Assembly (NCBI RefSeq): GCF_036321535.1
Contig: NC_087436.1
Span: 23,934,001 to 23,998,000 of the forward strand
Reading direction: 5' to 3'
DNA length: 64,000 nt
Origin: Camelus dromedarius
Taxonomy: Eukaryota
The notes under the pieces were generated by a model, which did not search any database, was not told the origin of the DNA, and saw only the letters and a list, made by a program, of their open reading frames with translations. Positions within the stretch are counted from its first letter, which is position 1. The number at the start of each line of letters is the position of its first letter. Made by a program: the position numbers and the translations under genes. Below, in pieces: positions 12,901 through 25,650 of this stretch.

Positions 12901-15097
12901 CAGATGTCCGCTTTGGGCGTATTTCCATCCTGCTTTTGTAGGAGTCGTCCGAAGACAGTTCAGGGAAAGACTCGACTTGCAAACCTCCGCCAGAATGGCC
13001 GGTAGCCCTGCTGCAGCCCTGAGCTTTTTCCAACAGCGGCCAGTAGCTTCATTATTTTCCCCTTATCCATCAGTGTGCATCTTCAAAGTGCTCTCTAACA
13101 GTCACTTCCTTGACCCTCTCAAGAAAGGTTCAAAAGAGAAACAAAAGTAGAAGGGGGTGTGTGGGTTTTCTAGGGTTTTGTATCAAGACAGTGGCCACTT
13201 TGGATGCGATCAGATCTCAGATGTATCTCTGTAGACATGTCAGCCTGTTTAGTTCTTGCTAGACGATTGCAACACTTCTGCCACAAAACACAGCAGAAAT
13301 GAATATTCCAAAATAAAATTAGAGCAAAATACCATAAATTAACTGCAATTGATATCAAAGAACTGTTGATTTACAAAATAATCATTTTTTTCAACCTAGA
13401 TGAATTGGAAAATTGTTTATGCGTTTATCATTTATTTGCCTTGGGTTAATGCATTCACATTTGGCAAGCTATTTGGGGGAAAGTATTTATGTAAGATTTC
13501 CATCCCCCATAAATAAGTTAAATGGCAGAGGTAGAAGCAGGGCTTCTCATACTCTGTTCGGCTCTGCCCTTGTTTCCCTGAGATGGGGGAAGGTGCAGAG
13601 ACTTCTAACGGCTGCAAGCTGTACTTTGAGCATGAAAGAACTGAAATATTTCCTAAACAGCTGAAACCATAAAATACTTTAAACTAAGCTGAAGGTAACG
13701 GGCTTTGGAGGGAACCCCAAGGACAGTGGAAAAACAGGATGTCAAAGGATGTCCACCATGCCTTTCACGTAGTCAACAGATGAAAACAACTATTTGATTT
13801 GATATCTGGGGAGGATGTAAACAGTCACAGTGAAACCAGGATGGGGTGAAAAATAAAATGCAAGCCGGAAATCAAACAGAAATTGAACAGAATCGGTCTC
13901 ACCCCAGAAACATTTCAGTCTGCTGCTAACTGTCCCTTCTTTGGCTTTTCAGGCTCACAGCCCATGGTTTAACCTGGGAGATTGTACACTCCAGTTTCAT
14001 TCCTCATCCTTCATTTAGCTAGACAGAGCTTTGAAATGGCAACTAAATTACCTTTTGGTGAAATCAAATCTTCTCTACTAGCTTGAAGCAGAGAGGAATC
14101 CAGACCACAAGGTCCTGGCTAATGCACCCCAGCAGCTCCCAGTCCCTCTCCTGGAGCCCAGAGAGGGTGTGTGCACTGTTGAAAAGGTTACTCACATCCT
14201 TTGTCCACTGCAGTTTCTCCTGTAGGGGGTTAGTCTATGCACTGGCTTTTGTCTTCTGGCTGCCCGCCTAGCAGAAGGTTGCTTAGGGCAGTAAAATGTT
14301 TATTACCTGTTTATTGTGTGAGTAACTGCAGTCTAGGAGGAGAAAATATTTCCCAGTTTACCTAGGGCAATGAAATTAGGATTAAGAGTTCTCAGGGCTG
14401 AGGAAGGAGCAGTATAAAACCCAGAGCATCATATACCATGCAGCCCTGAGAAGCCCAAGTCCCCCTGCATTATCCTTTCATTCTAGTCATGGTGACTTTT
14501 CCTCTTATTCTCAGACCCGTGTAATTCACCATTATGGATTTGGAGATGGCTGCTATTCTAAAAGTCGGTCCTCCCCTAAAGAGAGTCTGGCTCATATCCG
14601 AGGTGGAGCTATCAACCAAAGACCCAAAGACAGGTCATTGACCTGATTAACTTCTACACGCACATTTATTTCTCTTTCCTCCAAAGTTAAGTTACAAACA
14701 GCTTAATTCCCACCAATTTTGCAGTGTGAAGATTCAATAAAATATCACGAAACAGCTCAAGCCATCCTACAGCCACCATTTGCACTGAATTCAGTTACCA
14801 TGGTTTAGATAATTCATGTCTAAGATTTTAAAACTACTAGTATAAATCTTCAATTAGCTCTTAAACATGACTTTCCTCCTGCCCTCCTCCCCTCCCTTGC
14901 CTTTTTTTCCCTTCTAAGGAGTCTTTCTGTCTTGATCATTAATGGAGTAAAAGAAAATTTAAATCCTGCTCATATCTCACAAAATTATACTCAGTGATGT
15001 CTGAATCTGAGATACTGGGATCTTCTAAAATGCTGTCATTCTTAGAAGTGGGCTACAAGAGTGAACCCTATTACTTTTGGAATCTATTCTTGTCTCT

Positions 15098-15200
15098 CTA
15101 TTCATTCACTCATTTATTCCTTCATTCACTCATTCTTTCATCCTTTTGACAACTATGGATTGAACTTCTGCTGTGTGCCAACCACAGTGCTAGGACAACC
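15098..15200 (-). mobile_element. L2 3' tail
   Basis: (TTCA)n-like tail followed by attgaacttctgctgtgtgcca...cacagtgctagg. Confidence 0.7.
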
Positions 15201-16480
15201 AGGTGTGGTTTTAGATTCCATTTGTTTTAGATTCCAAAACTTGAAAACTGTTTCAGACGTAAAGTGCTCAATTAGGAACAATCCCTATATGTGAGTTCAC
15301 AATGGTCCTGTTGTAATTTCTCATCCGAATATCTCTATTCTCAGCCATTGTCTCAAAGTGCCCTTTTGAAGCCTCAGGTCCAGATCTGCCACAGTGCTTG
15401 TGTACAATCCATACCCCATGAACAGAAGTGCAGCAGTTTGGCAATCACTTTATCAATTGGATACTTGTACATGATTTTACCAGATAATTCAGGCTCCACA
15501 AATTCACTCTGCACCTACTCTGAATTGTTGGTATAATTAGTTGGGGAATTTCAAGACCTCCTTTTTATTTTTGGCACAAGCCCATCTTCCATTCCCATTA
15601 ACACTGAGCCTTTTGGTAAGCTGCAACCTCACCCTCACCACCATTTCTGCTGGAGTTCTTTTCCTGGAGTAGCAATGATCCATGCACACACACATTCTTG
15701 ACAGTGAAGGGTAACTCTAGGGCGGTGGAAAACAGCTGCACCAACCAGCACGGGTGGGCATTTATCCTCTTGAGAATTGTGATTTCCTAATCCTTTAGTG
15801 ATATCCTTCTTTAGGGTTGAAGAACCTAAAAGCCTTGGGCGGGATGTAAGGTCTATGATCTGATGAGCGCCAAGCTGAAGGGTGAGATGGCTCAGCAGTC
15901 ATTTCAGTGCCATCAGATATTGGGATGATTGGAATGTGGAGACCATTGTGAAGATGACGGACTCTGCCCTTTATCTGTTCGTCATCAGGAGCACATGCTC
16001 AGCCAATAAGTTTCGGAGCTAGAATTAAAGCTAAGAATCCCCAAGTTCATTGTTGGTTCTGTTCTCAGCTTCTGGACTTCAGATTTATAGACCAGTTTTC
16101 TTTCTGCTTTTACAAGCTACCAGTAAAATTTGAGTGTATGCTTAGACTTTATAAAATGTAGTACTTGATATATTAAAGCTGATGTTGTTATAATATTATC
16201 ATAGGACCACAGCTGGAGGAAATGTAATATATTAGTTCAGGTTTGGGACCCTCTACCTATACCTGACACCTTTGTATGGTATCCTTGCTAAGTATTCCAC
16301 TAACCATGTCCACTGACGGAAAGTTCACGAACCCATTCCATTTTTGGACAGCTCATTCTTTAAGTCTTGCTATAATACATGTAAAAGTTAATGGAGGGCC
16401 AGTAATGTTAAGATAACTTCTTTAAAATGTCTGTGAACTGGGTGAACAAGAACTATACCTGAAGAACTATAATACCCTTT

Positions 16481-16512
16481 TTTGTTTGTTTGTTTGTTTG
16501 TTTGCTTGCTTT
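16481..16512. repeat. (TTTG)n microsatellite
   Basis: Read directly. Confidence 0.85.
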
Positions 16513-16540
16513 AAAGAATAGGGGGATGTTAAAGACATAG

Positions 16541-16722
16541 CAGCGATTCCTAAACATTAATGTGCAAAAGAATCACCAGGTGAGCTTGTTCAAAATGAAG
16601 ATTCTCAGGCCCCACTTCTGAGATCCAAGTCTATGATGGGCCCCTGGAATCTGCATCTTCAAATACCTGTAGCTGATTTTGCTACAAGTGGTCTCTCTGG
16701 ACCACCTAACGAAGAAACTCTG
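16541..16722. mobile_element. MER5-like hAT-Charlie MITE
   Basis: agaatcaccaggtgagcttgttcaaaatgaagattctcaggccccac...ggaatctgcatctt...gaccac...gaagaaactctg. Confidence 0.75.
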
Positions 16723-18667
16723 GCCTAGGCTGGGAAATTTGCACTCTGATAAACTAAGGATTCCCTGAGACATCTTTTATACCTTCTATTTTCTCAACCA
16801 GAAAATTATTTCCAAAGGCTAAACTCTTGAGGCATAGTTTGTAGATTAACTGGTGATTTTGCTCATTATTTTATATCCTATAGTCCCAACTACTTATACA
16901 GGAAATAATAATTCAGGTTTGAGTGAATCTTCTTCCCAGTGTTTGCTGATGGGCCAAATATATTGGAGCATTAGTGCTAATGCTCACAGACTCTTTTTCT
17001 TCTTTCAGGGAAAGGAAGGTCTTCTTCACTACCCGACATTTTTTTTAATGCATTTAGTCTTAAAGTGGCCGCACAATGGGATAGTTAGGAAGGACACTGC
17101 AAAAAGGATCCCTTTGTGTGGTGAAAGCTCTTTATACAGAAGACTATCAGCCCAGCACATGAGGCTCAATCTTAGATGAGCTCTGAAAAACAGCTTCTGT
17201 TCTTGGGTTCATCACAGCATGGAGTCTGTCTATACAATGGCTGCCCAAAACCTTCCCCAAATAGAGCCTCTTCAAAGGAAAGGGGTTATGGCCCTTCTGT
17301 TTGTTGTCTATGCAGCATAATACATCACTGTCATTTTATTACCCAAAGCTATAACTTTGGGTGAAGACTTCATGAATGGAGAACTCTCTAGAAGGAAGGT
17401 GTGGTATGGCTCCTTCATGGGAGGTCTTTCTATGAGGCATCCTTGCCACCTAGTCCTCCTGGAAAATTTTCTAAAGCCATTAGTCCTTTCACCACCTCTA
17501 GGCAGCCTTTCTGACCTGGTTTTCTCTCCCTAGTCCTACCCACCCACCCTTTCTGTTGAGCCCATTTTGCTTTACAAATCTACACCGCAGCTGTGTCCTT
17601 TCAAGAGAACCTTACTCCTACGTCATTTACTTTTTTGCGTAGCATCGTACCAGGGACCAGAAGATCTGGAGGATCTTCAGGGTTCACCTTTGGGCTGAGG
17701 GCTATTGAGCTGATCATAAAAAGAGGCCAGCAGTTGGCTGGCTTCATTCCAGGGAAGAATCCAAAAAGGGAGGATCAGACATTTTATTTTTAGGAACAAA
17801 GAGCAACTTTCTAACCAAGTGCCTGCCTCACCCTCTGACGTCAGGGTCCTATTCTGTCCTGCTTCACCCCAACTATGGCCAACTCTCTTCCTCCGCCCTA
17901 TCTAACAGCTCTCTTAGGAGTCTGGGAGTGGCTGGTTACAAGGGACGCAAAGAGACAGTCCTTAGTAAGTTAAGTACTAAAGTGAGGACTCTCTTTTCCT
18001 TCCTTGCCCTTGGAAGTAACTGCTAGACATTAAGAGCTTCCACCCTAAGCCCATTCAAGCCAGGAGGATTCAAAATTTTTTCCAGTACCGTTATTTATTT
18101 TATTCATATTCAGAGGTAATGAGAATATTTCTCGGGATGGCTCCGAATCTTTCTGTCTGAGAAAAGCAGCCTGGACATGGGAGTTCTTCAGAATCACTCA
18201 GATTGTATTACTGGTTGATAAACATCATATGCACATATAACTTCCTGGTGATTATACTATTAAATCTTGCAGCCTCTTGTAAGGTAACACCATTCAAAAT
18301 GGTTTTCCTAGAAAAGTCTCATTTCAGTAAACCAGAGAGTGTCCCTGTTGTGCAGATGGTCTTCACCCCTGGATTAGAGCACAACCTGACAAGAGAGCGC
18401 ACAACAAAAGCAGCTTTTTGTGTGTTCCATGTCCCTGAGACGTGTCTTCAGGAGAGTGTGATTTGACTTAATCTCACCTGCTGCTACATCAGGACTTAGG
18501 GACCTCAGAGCCCCTCTCAGTGTGAGGGAGGCACGTAACAAAATAATCTTGTTTGACGTTTTGACAGTTCTCATCGAGAATATTATATGCCATTCTAGCC
18601 ATTGTATCTCAAGAAATAACTAGCCAGAACTAAGGAAGTTTCTAGAAAGGGCCATCTGATCAGCCAT

Positions 18668-18812
18668 CAAAGTGGTGTTTGATAACTTTTTTGGAGTCAT
18701 AGGTGCCTTTGAGAATCTGAGAGAGAGCTGCAGGCAGGCACACACAACTTTGCTTGCGATTTCGTGCCCAACCATGGCTAATTCGTGGTACCCAGACCAA
18801 AGTTCAGAACCT
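18668..18812. mobile_element. hAT-Charlie-type MITE, diverged
   Basis: aacttttttggagtcataggtgcctttgagaatctga...aagttcagaacc resembles Charlie-derived MER elements. Confidence 0.5.
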
Positions 18813-19059
18813 TTAGTTTAGAAAACACTATGTGAGAATGAATTTTTAAGTTTAGATTCTTCTGTCTGAATATAGAAATACTGAGAGAAGCTGTATGTAA
18901 TCAATTTCTTTTTTAATTACCCAGGGTGTGATCTGTGCCAACACAAAAATTTTCACCAAATCCTGATGTGTTGAGACAAAATCAGGAAGACCAGCCTAAA
19001 GTTTGAAAGAGGCAAATTCAAAAAAAAAAAAATAGCACCACTGATTTACATAGCTGGTT

Positions 19060-19340
19060 TCATAAGCTTATAGAATTTCATTAACTGAAGATGTGGTAAA
19101 TCCAGAATTATAAATAGCTTTTAAAACAGCATACACCAATTTCGTGGCTGATAGGTCTGTGATAAGGGGTGTTAGAGAAAGCTCCATGATTTGGTGTGTG
19201 GTCCTAACCATCTGAGCTTCACATCAACATAAACAGCCACCTTTTCTAACATGTTCCTCAATGTGTCCCTTGGTGTCACCAAAAGAGATTCAGTGCTGAG
19301 CTAAATGGACGGATGGTGGCCCTGACCCAGAGTGGAGCTT
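19060..19340 (+). mobile_element. CR1-type LINE 3' end relic
   Basis: gaagatgtggt...atagcttttaaaacagcatacaccaatttcgtggctgatagg...gagctaaatggac...ctgacccag resembles CR1 3' termini. Confidence 0.45.
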
Positions 19341-20262
19341 TTAGGTTAGAATAGATCACTGGTACCAACCGGAAAGTTGTTGTGGCGCTGATGTTTTATT
19401 GTGTGTGTTTGTTTCTTTGGGAGGCAAAGAGATTTCTTTGTGCAAGTGATTTCTGCAAATGACCAAACTGGTATGATAATAAAGTGAGCGATGATGATGA
19501 TGTGTACACCTGGTATGTGCCCACAAGCCATGTTTGTGAGGTAGGGAGGAACGTATGTCATAACCTCCAGTGTTTCATGTGTATATTCCGAAATACGGAG
19601 AGGGAGTAGGTAGCTCAGCCTCACACGTAAAGTCTCCTGAGGCTCCCCAGTTGCCCACAACTGCGGCAATAGAGCCGGGGTTCAAGGGGAGAATTCAACA
19701 GGAAACTTGGTTCTTTCCTCCGTTCCGATCCTCATCTGCTGGGTGCACTGAAGCTGGGGACCAGGTGCACCTCATCTCCACTTACCTCTTTGTCAAATTG
19801 AGTCAATGATTTCTGAAATCAAGCTCGAGGAAATGGAAGCTTGGAATTGTCTGGATGAAAATCAGAGGATCTGCATAGTTGTACCTCTGAAAAACTCCTA
19901 AGGCTTGCCCTAGGTGCAGTGGTTTATGGTTGTTGATTGGAAGAACTCCAAGTTATTAGAGTTCCCCTCACTTCCACCATCTTGACAGATGCAGCTTTTA
20001 AAAAATCGTGCATGAAGCAGGGTGACTGCTAAGTACCTGACAAAACAACCAGTGATGATTCCTTTGCGGAAGGAGAATAGGGGGAAAGTTGAACTAAGAG
20101 GGAATGCACAGCCTAATGTTCGGCACATAGTAGGTGCTCAATAAATACTTCATTCTTTATTAATTGAAAAGATTACAGATGGAAAACGTTTTCCAAATAA
20201 AAAGTCTATGATATGATACTCAGTTTTTTAATATCTCACTCCTTTGGCCATTTACTGCATAC

Positions 20263-20326
<64 letters not shown>

Positions 20327-20328
20327 TA
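20263..20328. repeat. (AAT)n microsatellite, about 21-22 units with one AGT interruption
   Basis: Read directly. Confidence 0.95.
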
Positions 20329-22743
20329 CCACCTTGAAATGAAGGAGGCCACCCTTAAAATTTTTTCAATGCTGAAAATATAATTATTACATTGAAATAC
20401 TTTAGCCTATGTGGCATTTCTTTAAGTTTGCACTTTCAAGCCCAGTAAAGACAAAATCAGGGTAGCCAGGTGCCGTTTTATAAAATGTTAAAACTCCAAT
20501 TACAGTTCTTTTCCTTCTTTATTTTAAAGACTATTTAACAACATTTAGACAGTGTGGAAAAGAGACAAGGGAAGCATTCATAGTCCCACCCTCCTAACAC
20601 AAGTAATTCACTTTTTCATATTCCCTCCTGGATTCAGATAATACACGTGCGTATTTTATAATCACCTCAGTTAAATGATGGCCAAACAGCAGCTGTTAGT
20701 GGGGCTGCTGAAGAGATGAGCATCTCTCGTCTTCCCAGCTGGAGCTCCTCAGCCTGGGGGACCAGTCCCGGGGGAGGCACTGATGCTAGCCTAGCTGCCA
20801 TTCACCTCAAGGCTGGGCCCACCTCTGCCTCGGTCCCTGCTTCCCAAAGACTCCGGGCCAAACCCTGCTTTGTGAGCCGCCCAGAAAAGGAGCAGCTACT
20901 GAAACAGGAGCAGAGCCAGCGATTGTGACAGTGAACCAAGTTGAGGTTGAAAGCAGGCAGAAGTTTTCCAGTAGCCTGTGCTGCTCTGGATGGGGATGTG
21001 GACACTGCTTTTAAGCTGTGAGAGATGGCGCCACCCCTCAGGAGAACACAGACTAGCAGTCGGTGTGCACAGCACTTCCTAGTACCTGAGATGTTGCTGT
21101 TCCTTCCCTGCCTGTCCAGTAGGATGCCCACTCACAGCAGCCACATCTTCCGTCAGGCTTTCCAGATCCACAAAATGCTCTCGCCTGCATTAGCTCATTC
21201 TGTCTCCATGACAGCCTTACAAGGTCATCGGGGTGATCTTTATTAGCTCCGTTCTAGGAAAATTGAGACTTAGAAGATGAGCATGCCCTAGGAATGAAGT
21301 TCATGAAGGAATGAAAGTGAACTTGTGCTTGGATCCACTGGCCATTCTAGAAGGGGCAGTGGCCTGCTCTCTCCGGCAGCCCCACACACTCACCTTTGTC
21401 CATGCCCAAGCCAGCAGCTTTGCCAGGCGTGTGACACAAGTCAGTAGGCACTTTTCCAGCCAGGCATTAGTGAGCGGGGCGTGGGCTTGCTGATAAGGGA
21501 GTCTGGCAAAATGATGTTTAAAAATAAATGGTTTCTGACCAAGATGGAAAAAGCTTGCTTGTCAGCAGGATTGCTGGTCAGCAGGACTACGGATCCAGGT
21601 GTGCAGTGTCTTTTTTGGTGCTACCATTTCTGTCTCATGTTATTAAAAAATAATACACTGATCACTGCCGTTTCCGTTTACTCCGCTTAGGGAAGCTGTT
21701 TATTTTTGAAAAGTGGCAAAGGTAGGAAATTACTTCCTTCACTTTGGCATGGTTTCTCACCCTCTTTTTGGAACCTCAGAGCCCATCCACTCCCCCCACC
21801 TCGCCCATTTCTTTGTTAGTTTAGAAAAGGGATATATCAGTTCCATGTGATTTTAGCAACAGAAGTGCTTCCACTTTGGCTATTTTTAGCCTGTCAGGTG
21901 CACTCTGCCTGCCATGAACTTGGTATATTCAAGTATTTAATTCAGCGGCCTGTCTCATTTGAAAGGGAGCCCTTCAGCCCTCTGACCGCCATCGCACCAC
22001 TGTTACAACTGCTCGTAAATTTCTGAACATGTCACGATATCTTTAGCTGTGACTCCAGATATTTCCTGTTGAGCTGCAAGATGCAATCCGGCGAGCACTC
22101 TGAGGCTAAAATGTCTTCCCAGTCCAGCACTCAGCCACATCAGCATGGGCAGCATCAACATGATTTTTTTTAAAATCCAATGCTGAACAGGTTTTTTCAA
22201 TTAGATTAATTCTGTAATTTTGTTCACTTGGGCAGCTAAAGTCATTCCACCTTTCCCTGAGCTTTGAACACCTAAGCTTCATTTTCTCTCTTGATTCAAA
22301 TCCGACCAGAAGCCCAGATATAGGGACCTACACCAGGTATGTTTTATTTGTGGAAGAGGATGAGCTCCACGTCCTCCTATTCTGCCATCTTGAAGCCCCT
22401 CCCCTGCTATGTTTTACTTCTGTGGCCTCTTAGCCCTGGACTTGGACTTGGTTAAACAGATGGCCCCACAGCAGCCGACTCAGAGCAGTGCCGTACCTGT
22501 TCTCACAGAAGCTAGGCTCTTCTCTAACTTTGCCTTGGGCCTTAGTCATCCAGAGGGAGGAGAGATGCCAGGATTTTCTTTAAGGAATGTATCCTTTTGA
22601 GACTTGAAAAAGGAGAAGGATGTTCAGTTCTTTCCAGGCTGAATAGGAGGCCCATGGTAGGAAAAATTTCCCCTCTGTAGTTAAGTTCTTGCACTGACCT
22701 TTTTACCAGACCCTTAAAAGTTAAATAAAATCAAATTGTTGTT

Positions 22744-22879
22744 AGAGGGAAGGTATAGCTCAGTGGTAGAGCATGTGCTTAGCATGCACGAGGTCCTGGG
22801 TTTAATCCCCAGTACCTCCATTAAAAATAACGATAAGTAAATAAACCTAATTTCTTACCCCTCTCCAAAAAAAAGGAAA
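22744..22879 (+). mobile_element. tRNA-Ala-derived SINE (vic-1-like), long form
   Basis: tRNA-Ala(AGC)-like head ending cctcca, tail with aataaacctaat and C-rich block, A tail; 17-bp TSD aaaatYaaattgttgtt (22727-22743 / 22880-22896). Confidence 0.9.
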
Positions 22880-23569
22880 AAAATTAAATTGTTGTTCCTG
22901 GTTAGTCCTTGGATTCTCAGAGAAAGTTAATCGTCAGAAGCAACAGCATACACCAGACACCCCTGGTCAGTTTCCCTATAACCAAGACCAGCCAGTCCTG
23001 GGCCGGGAAGACACTACATGCAGAGAAGCCAGAGGAATGTGAGAAGCCTGGATTTTGTCCTTGGACCACCAAATGTGCCTCCCCGACTCCTGCCCTCTTT
23101 ATGGAAGCTGTGGAATTGTGCCTGCCCTCACCCTCCCAGATTAAACTCCCTTCAGGTTGTTAGAGTCAATGGGGTCTACAGATGCCCGTCTGTTCCCACC
23201 AGTATTCCACCTGCCTTTTATCCAGAGGTCACTTTGGGGGCACACTTTTTGGCCATCAGTCTAGCAAGGGGCACTTGCCTGACACTTGCACTCTCTTCTA
23301 AGAGATGCAGAGATGGGCCTGAGGATCCCATCAAGGAAACCAGTCTCTCAACTGTCTCCTTTGCATGTCGTTTTGTGGTTTCTGATGCTGAATATTTCTG
23401 TAACTTTCTGTACTTTGAGGATTTCTTTGGGGGCTGTTACTGTTTGGCAAACACTGTTACTCATCAAAATTTATTAAGCAAGGGTGGCCACAAAAGCAAA
23501 AGTACTAAGCAGAGTGGGCTTGCAAAACCAACAAAACAGGAGAACTAGAAATGCTAATGAATACTAATA

Positions 23570-23703
23570 ATAAAAATAATAATAGCTCTCCCTTATTGGT
23601 GCTTACTGGGGCCAGGGGCTGCTCGAAGCAAGATATATATATAGTAACATAGAGAAACCTCACAACTGTCCTGTGAGGTTGCATCCTTTCTATTCCCAAT
23701 CTT
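23570..23703. mobile_element. MIR fragment
   Basis: aataatagct...ttattggtgcttact...aacctcacaactgtcctgtgaggt...tattccca. Confidence 0.7.
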
Positions 23704-23709
23704 TATTTC

Positions 23710-23860
23710 AATGAAAGCATACAGCACCTACTATGTGCCAGGTACTGGGCGAGGCACTGGGGATATAGCAATAAATGAGATAAACAAGGTTTCTGCCCCC
23801 AGGGAGCAGAGCAGACATACGGTAATGAAACAGACAGTTGCACAATAAGTCCTAGAGGGC
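23710..23860 (-). mobile_element. L2 3' fragment
   Basis: agcacctactatgtgccaggtactggg...ggcactggggatatagca...ctgcccccagggagc. Confidence 0.75.
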
Positions 23861-23949
23861 AGGGACCAATGGGACTCTGCACCTTGAGGAAGCATCCCGG
23901 GTAACGTGAGTTCATGTATCGGACATGTGAACTCTTACACACCTGTGGG

Positions 23950-24385
23950 GAACTATCTGGGCTCTCACCCAACTCCAGCCCGGTTTCCCTGCTGCCCCAT
24001 GCTCTGTACTTCCCAGACCAGCAACACATGAGATTGTTCGCAGGGCTGATTCTTACCTCCATTCCTTTGCTCATATTGTTCTCACTGTCTCTGAATCTTT
24101 CCTTGAACAATCTCTGTACCACTTCCAAAGTCTGCTCCCCCAGAAAACCCTCCTTGACCATCCTTGCCCCAGTCAGGCTGGGTTGGCTGAACTTTCTCTG
24201 TACCCTCAGGGACCCTTGTGCTGATCTCTGTCACTGCACTTGGCCTCACCCCTTTACAGGCATCTGTTTAGGAGTCTGTTTTCTCAATAGCCTGGGTGCC
24301 CCCCGTGCACACACTGGTTTCTTCTTCGTTGCCCCTGTCCCAGCCTGCAGACGGCTACTGATGAATGCTTGTTGGATGAATATGT
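23950..24385 (+). mobile_element. L2 3' fragment
   Basis: cctttgctcatattgttctcactgtctctgaat...aaaaccctccttgacc...gatgaatgcttgttggatgaat. Confidence 0.6.
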
Positions 24386-24569
24386 TTCTGTACATGAGAA
24401 CATACCTTCTGTGCCCTAGTGGGAAAGGTTAGGAAACGGGAGACCCTCCATTTACCTAACTGTAGTTAATGGGACAAAAAGGAGCCTGGTTGGGTAGAGG
24501 CTGTTACTGCTGGATTACGGAAGGGAAAGAAGGGGGAGCAGCTGCAGTGAAAACCTCTCCATCTCCCTA

Positions 24570-25650
24570 AGGGATGCCCACCCAGACCCTCTCTGAACAG
24601 TTGCAGTGACCGAGAACTTGCTGCTTCGTCAAGCAATCTGTTCCTCTGTCACATCAGTTGAAAAGTGCTCCCTTTGATTAACCAAACTCTGCTGAAGACT
24701 TGTAGAGATTTGTCTTCGCGAACAACGGAGTAACTTGCTTCTCTCTTGAAGAACGCTTCAAGTATCTGGAGAGCTTTATTGTGATCCGTGTTAGATTCAT
24801 TTTTCCTTACCAAATAATTTTAGTTCCTTCAGCTATTTCTCACTATCGTGTCACACAGCTGGACACCCTCCAGCTTCCTGATGTCTCTCTTAAGACATGG
24901 CGTCCTGAGCTGAGCGATGGATTCCAGATGGTTTCTGATCAGTATGGGCTATGATGGTACGATTTCGGATTCCCTTGTTTTACAGCCTCGTCACTTTGTC
25001 AGTTCTTACTGCTCTCGTGGGTGGTGAAACTCCTTCATGGTACACATGTGACAGACTCATCAGACCAGGTTTAATAATGATAATAATAGCAGCTACCAGT
25101 TGTTGAGCACGTCCTGTGCCCATGAGCCAGGCCCTGTGCTGGTCATTGTACTGTCAGTACTTCCTTCTCCCATCTACATGGAGGCTGAGTGAGGTTGTAA
25201 TTCACCCAAGGTGCTAGGATTTGAACCCAGCAGACTGTGTGACTCCAAAGCCCACATTCTGTTTAACCCACTGCCCTGCCTCCCATTCTGAACTTGCACA
25301 GCTGATTTTTTTAACCTAAATTCAAGACTTATCTCTGTTGAGTTTGATCTGAGTTTCTACTGAGGTTTCCAGCATCTCAGAAACTCCGCAGGTAGGGTCT
25401 TGACCTCATCTTCTCAGGTTTGTATCGTCACATCGGCTACCTGCATCCAGATCAACGACAGTGACTTGTCGCTCCCCATCAGAGAACTCCTTCCAGGATC
25501 ACACCATCTGGACCTCAGTAGGGTCCAGAATTTCCATCAGCTTCCAAGCAGCCTACCTTTGAATTCTCTGCACCTTTTTCCATTTTGTCCAGAAGTCATC
25601 ACGAGAGAGACTATTAAATACCACCTTGGCTTGAGAGACGTGATATACAT
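24570..25650 (-). mobile_element. CR1/L3 LINE fragment (~1 kb) split by a MIR
   Basis: cttcaagtatctggagagc, agttccttcagct, ctggacaccctccagctt, ttccagatggtttctgatcag, aacctaaattcaagactt, tgtccagaagtcatcacgagagagact appear in L3 order. Confidence 0.6.
25072..25280. mobile_element. MIR SINE
   Basis: aataatagcagctaccagttgttgagcac...gaggttgtaattcacccaagg...ggatttgaacccag...gactccaaagccc. Confidence 0.8.

Noticed and set aside
22744..22820. tRNA-Ala(AGC) gene
   Set aside because: Has a TSD, SINE tail, altered T-loop (GGTTTAA) and an acceptor-stem mismatch; it is a SINE head. The same applies to the other three copies.
23018..24432. ORFs of 152-176 aa
   Set aside because: No protein similarity recognised; two of them overlap L2 fragments.
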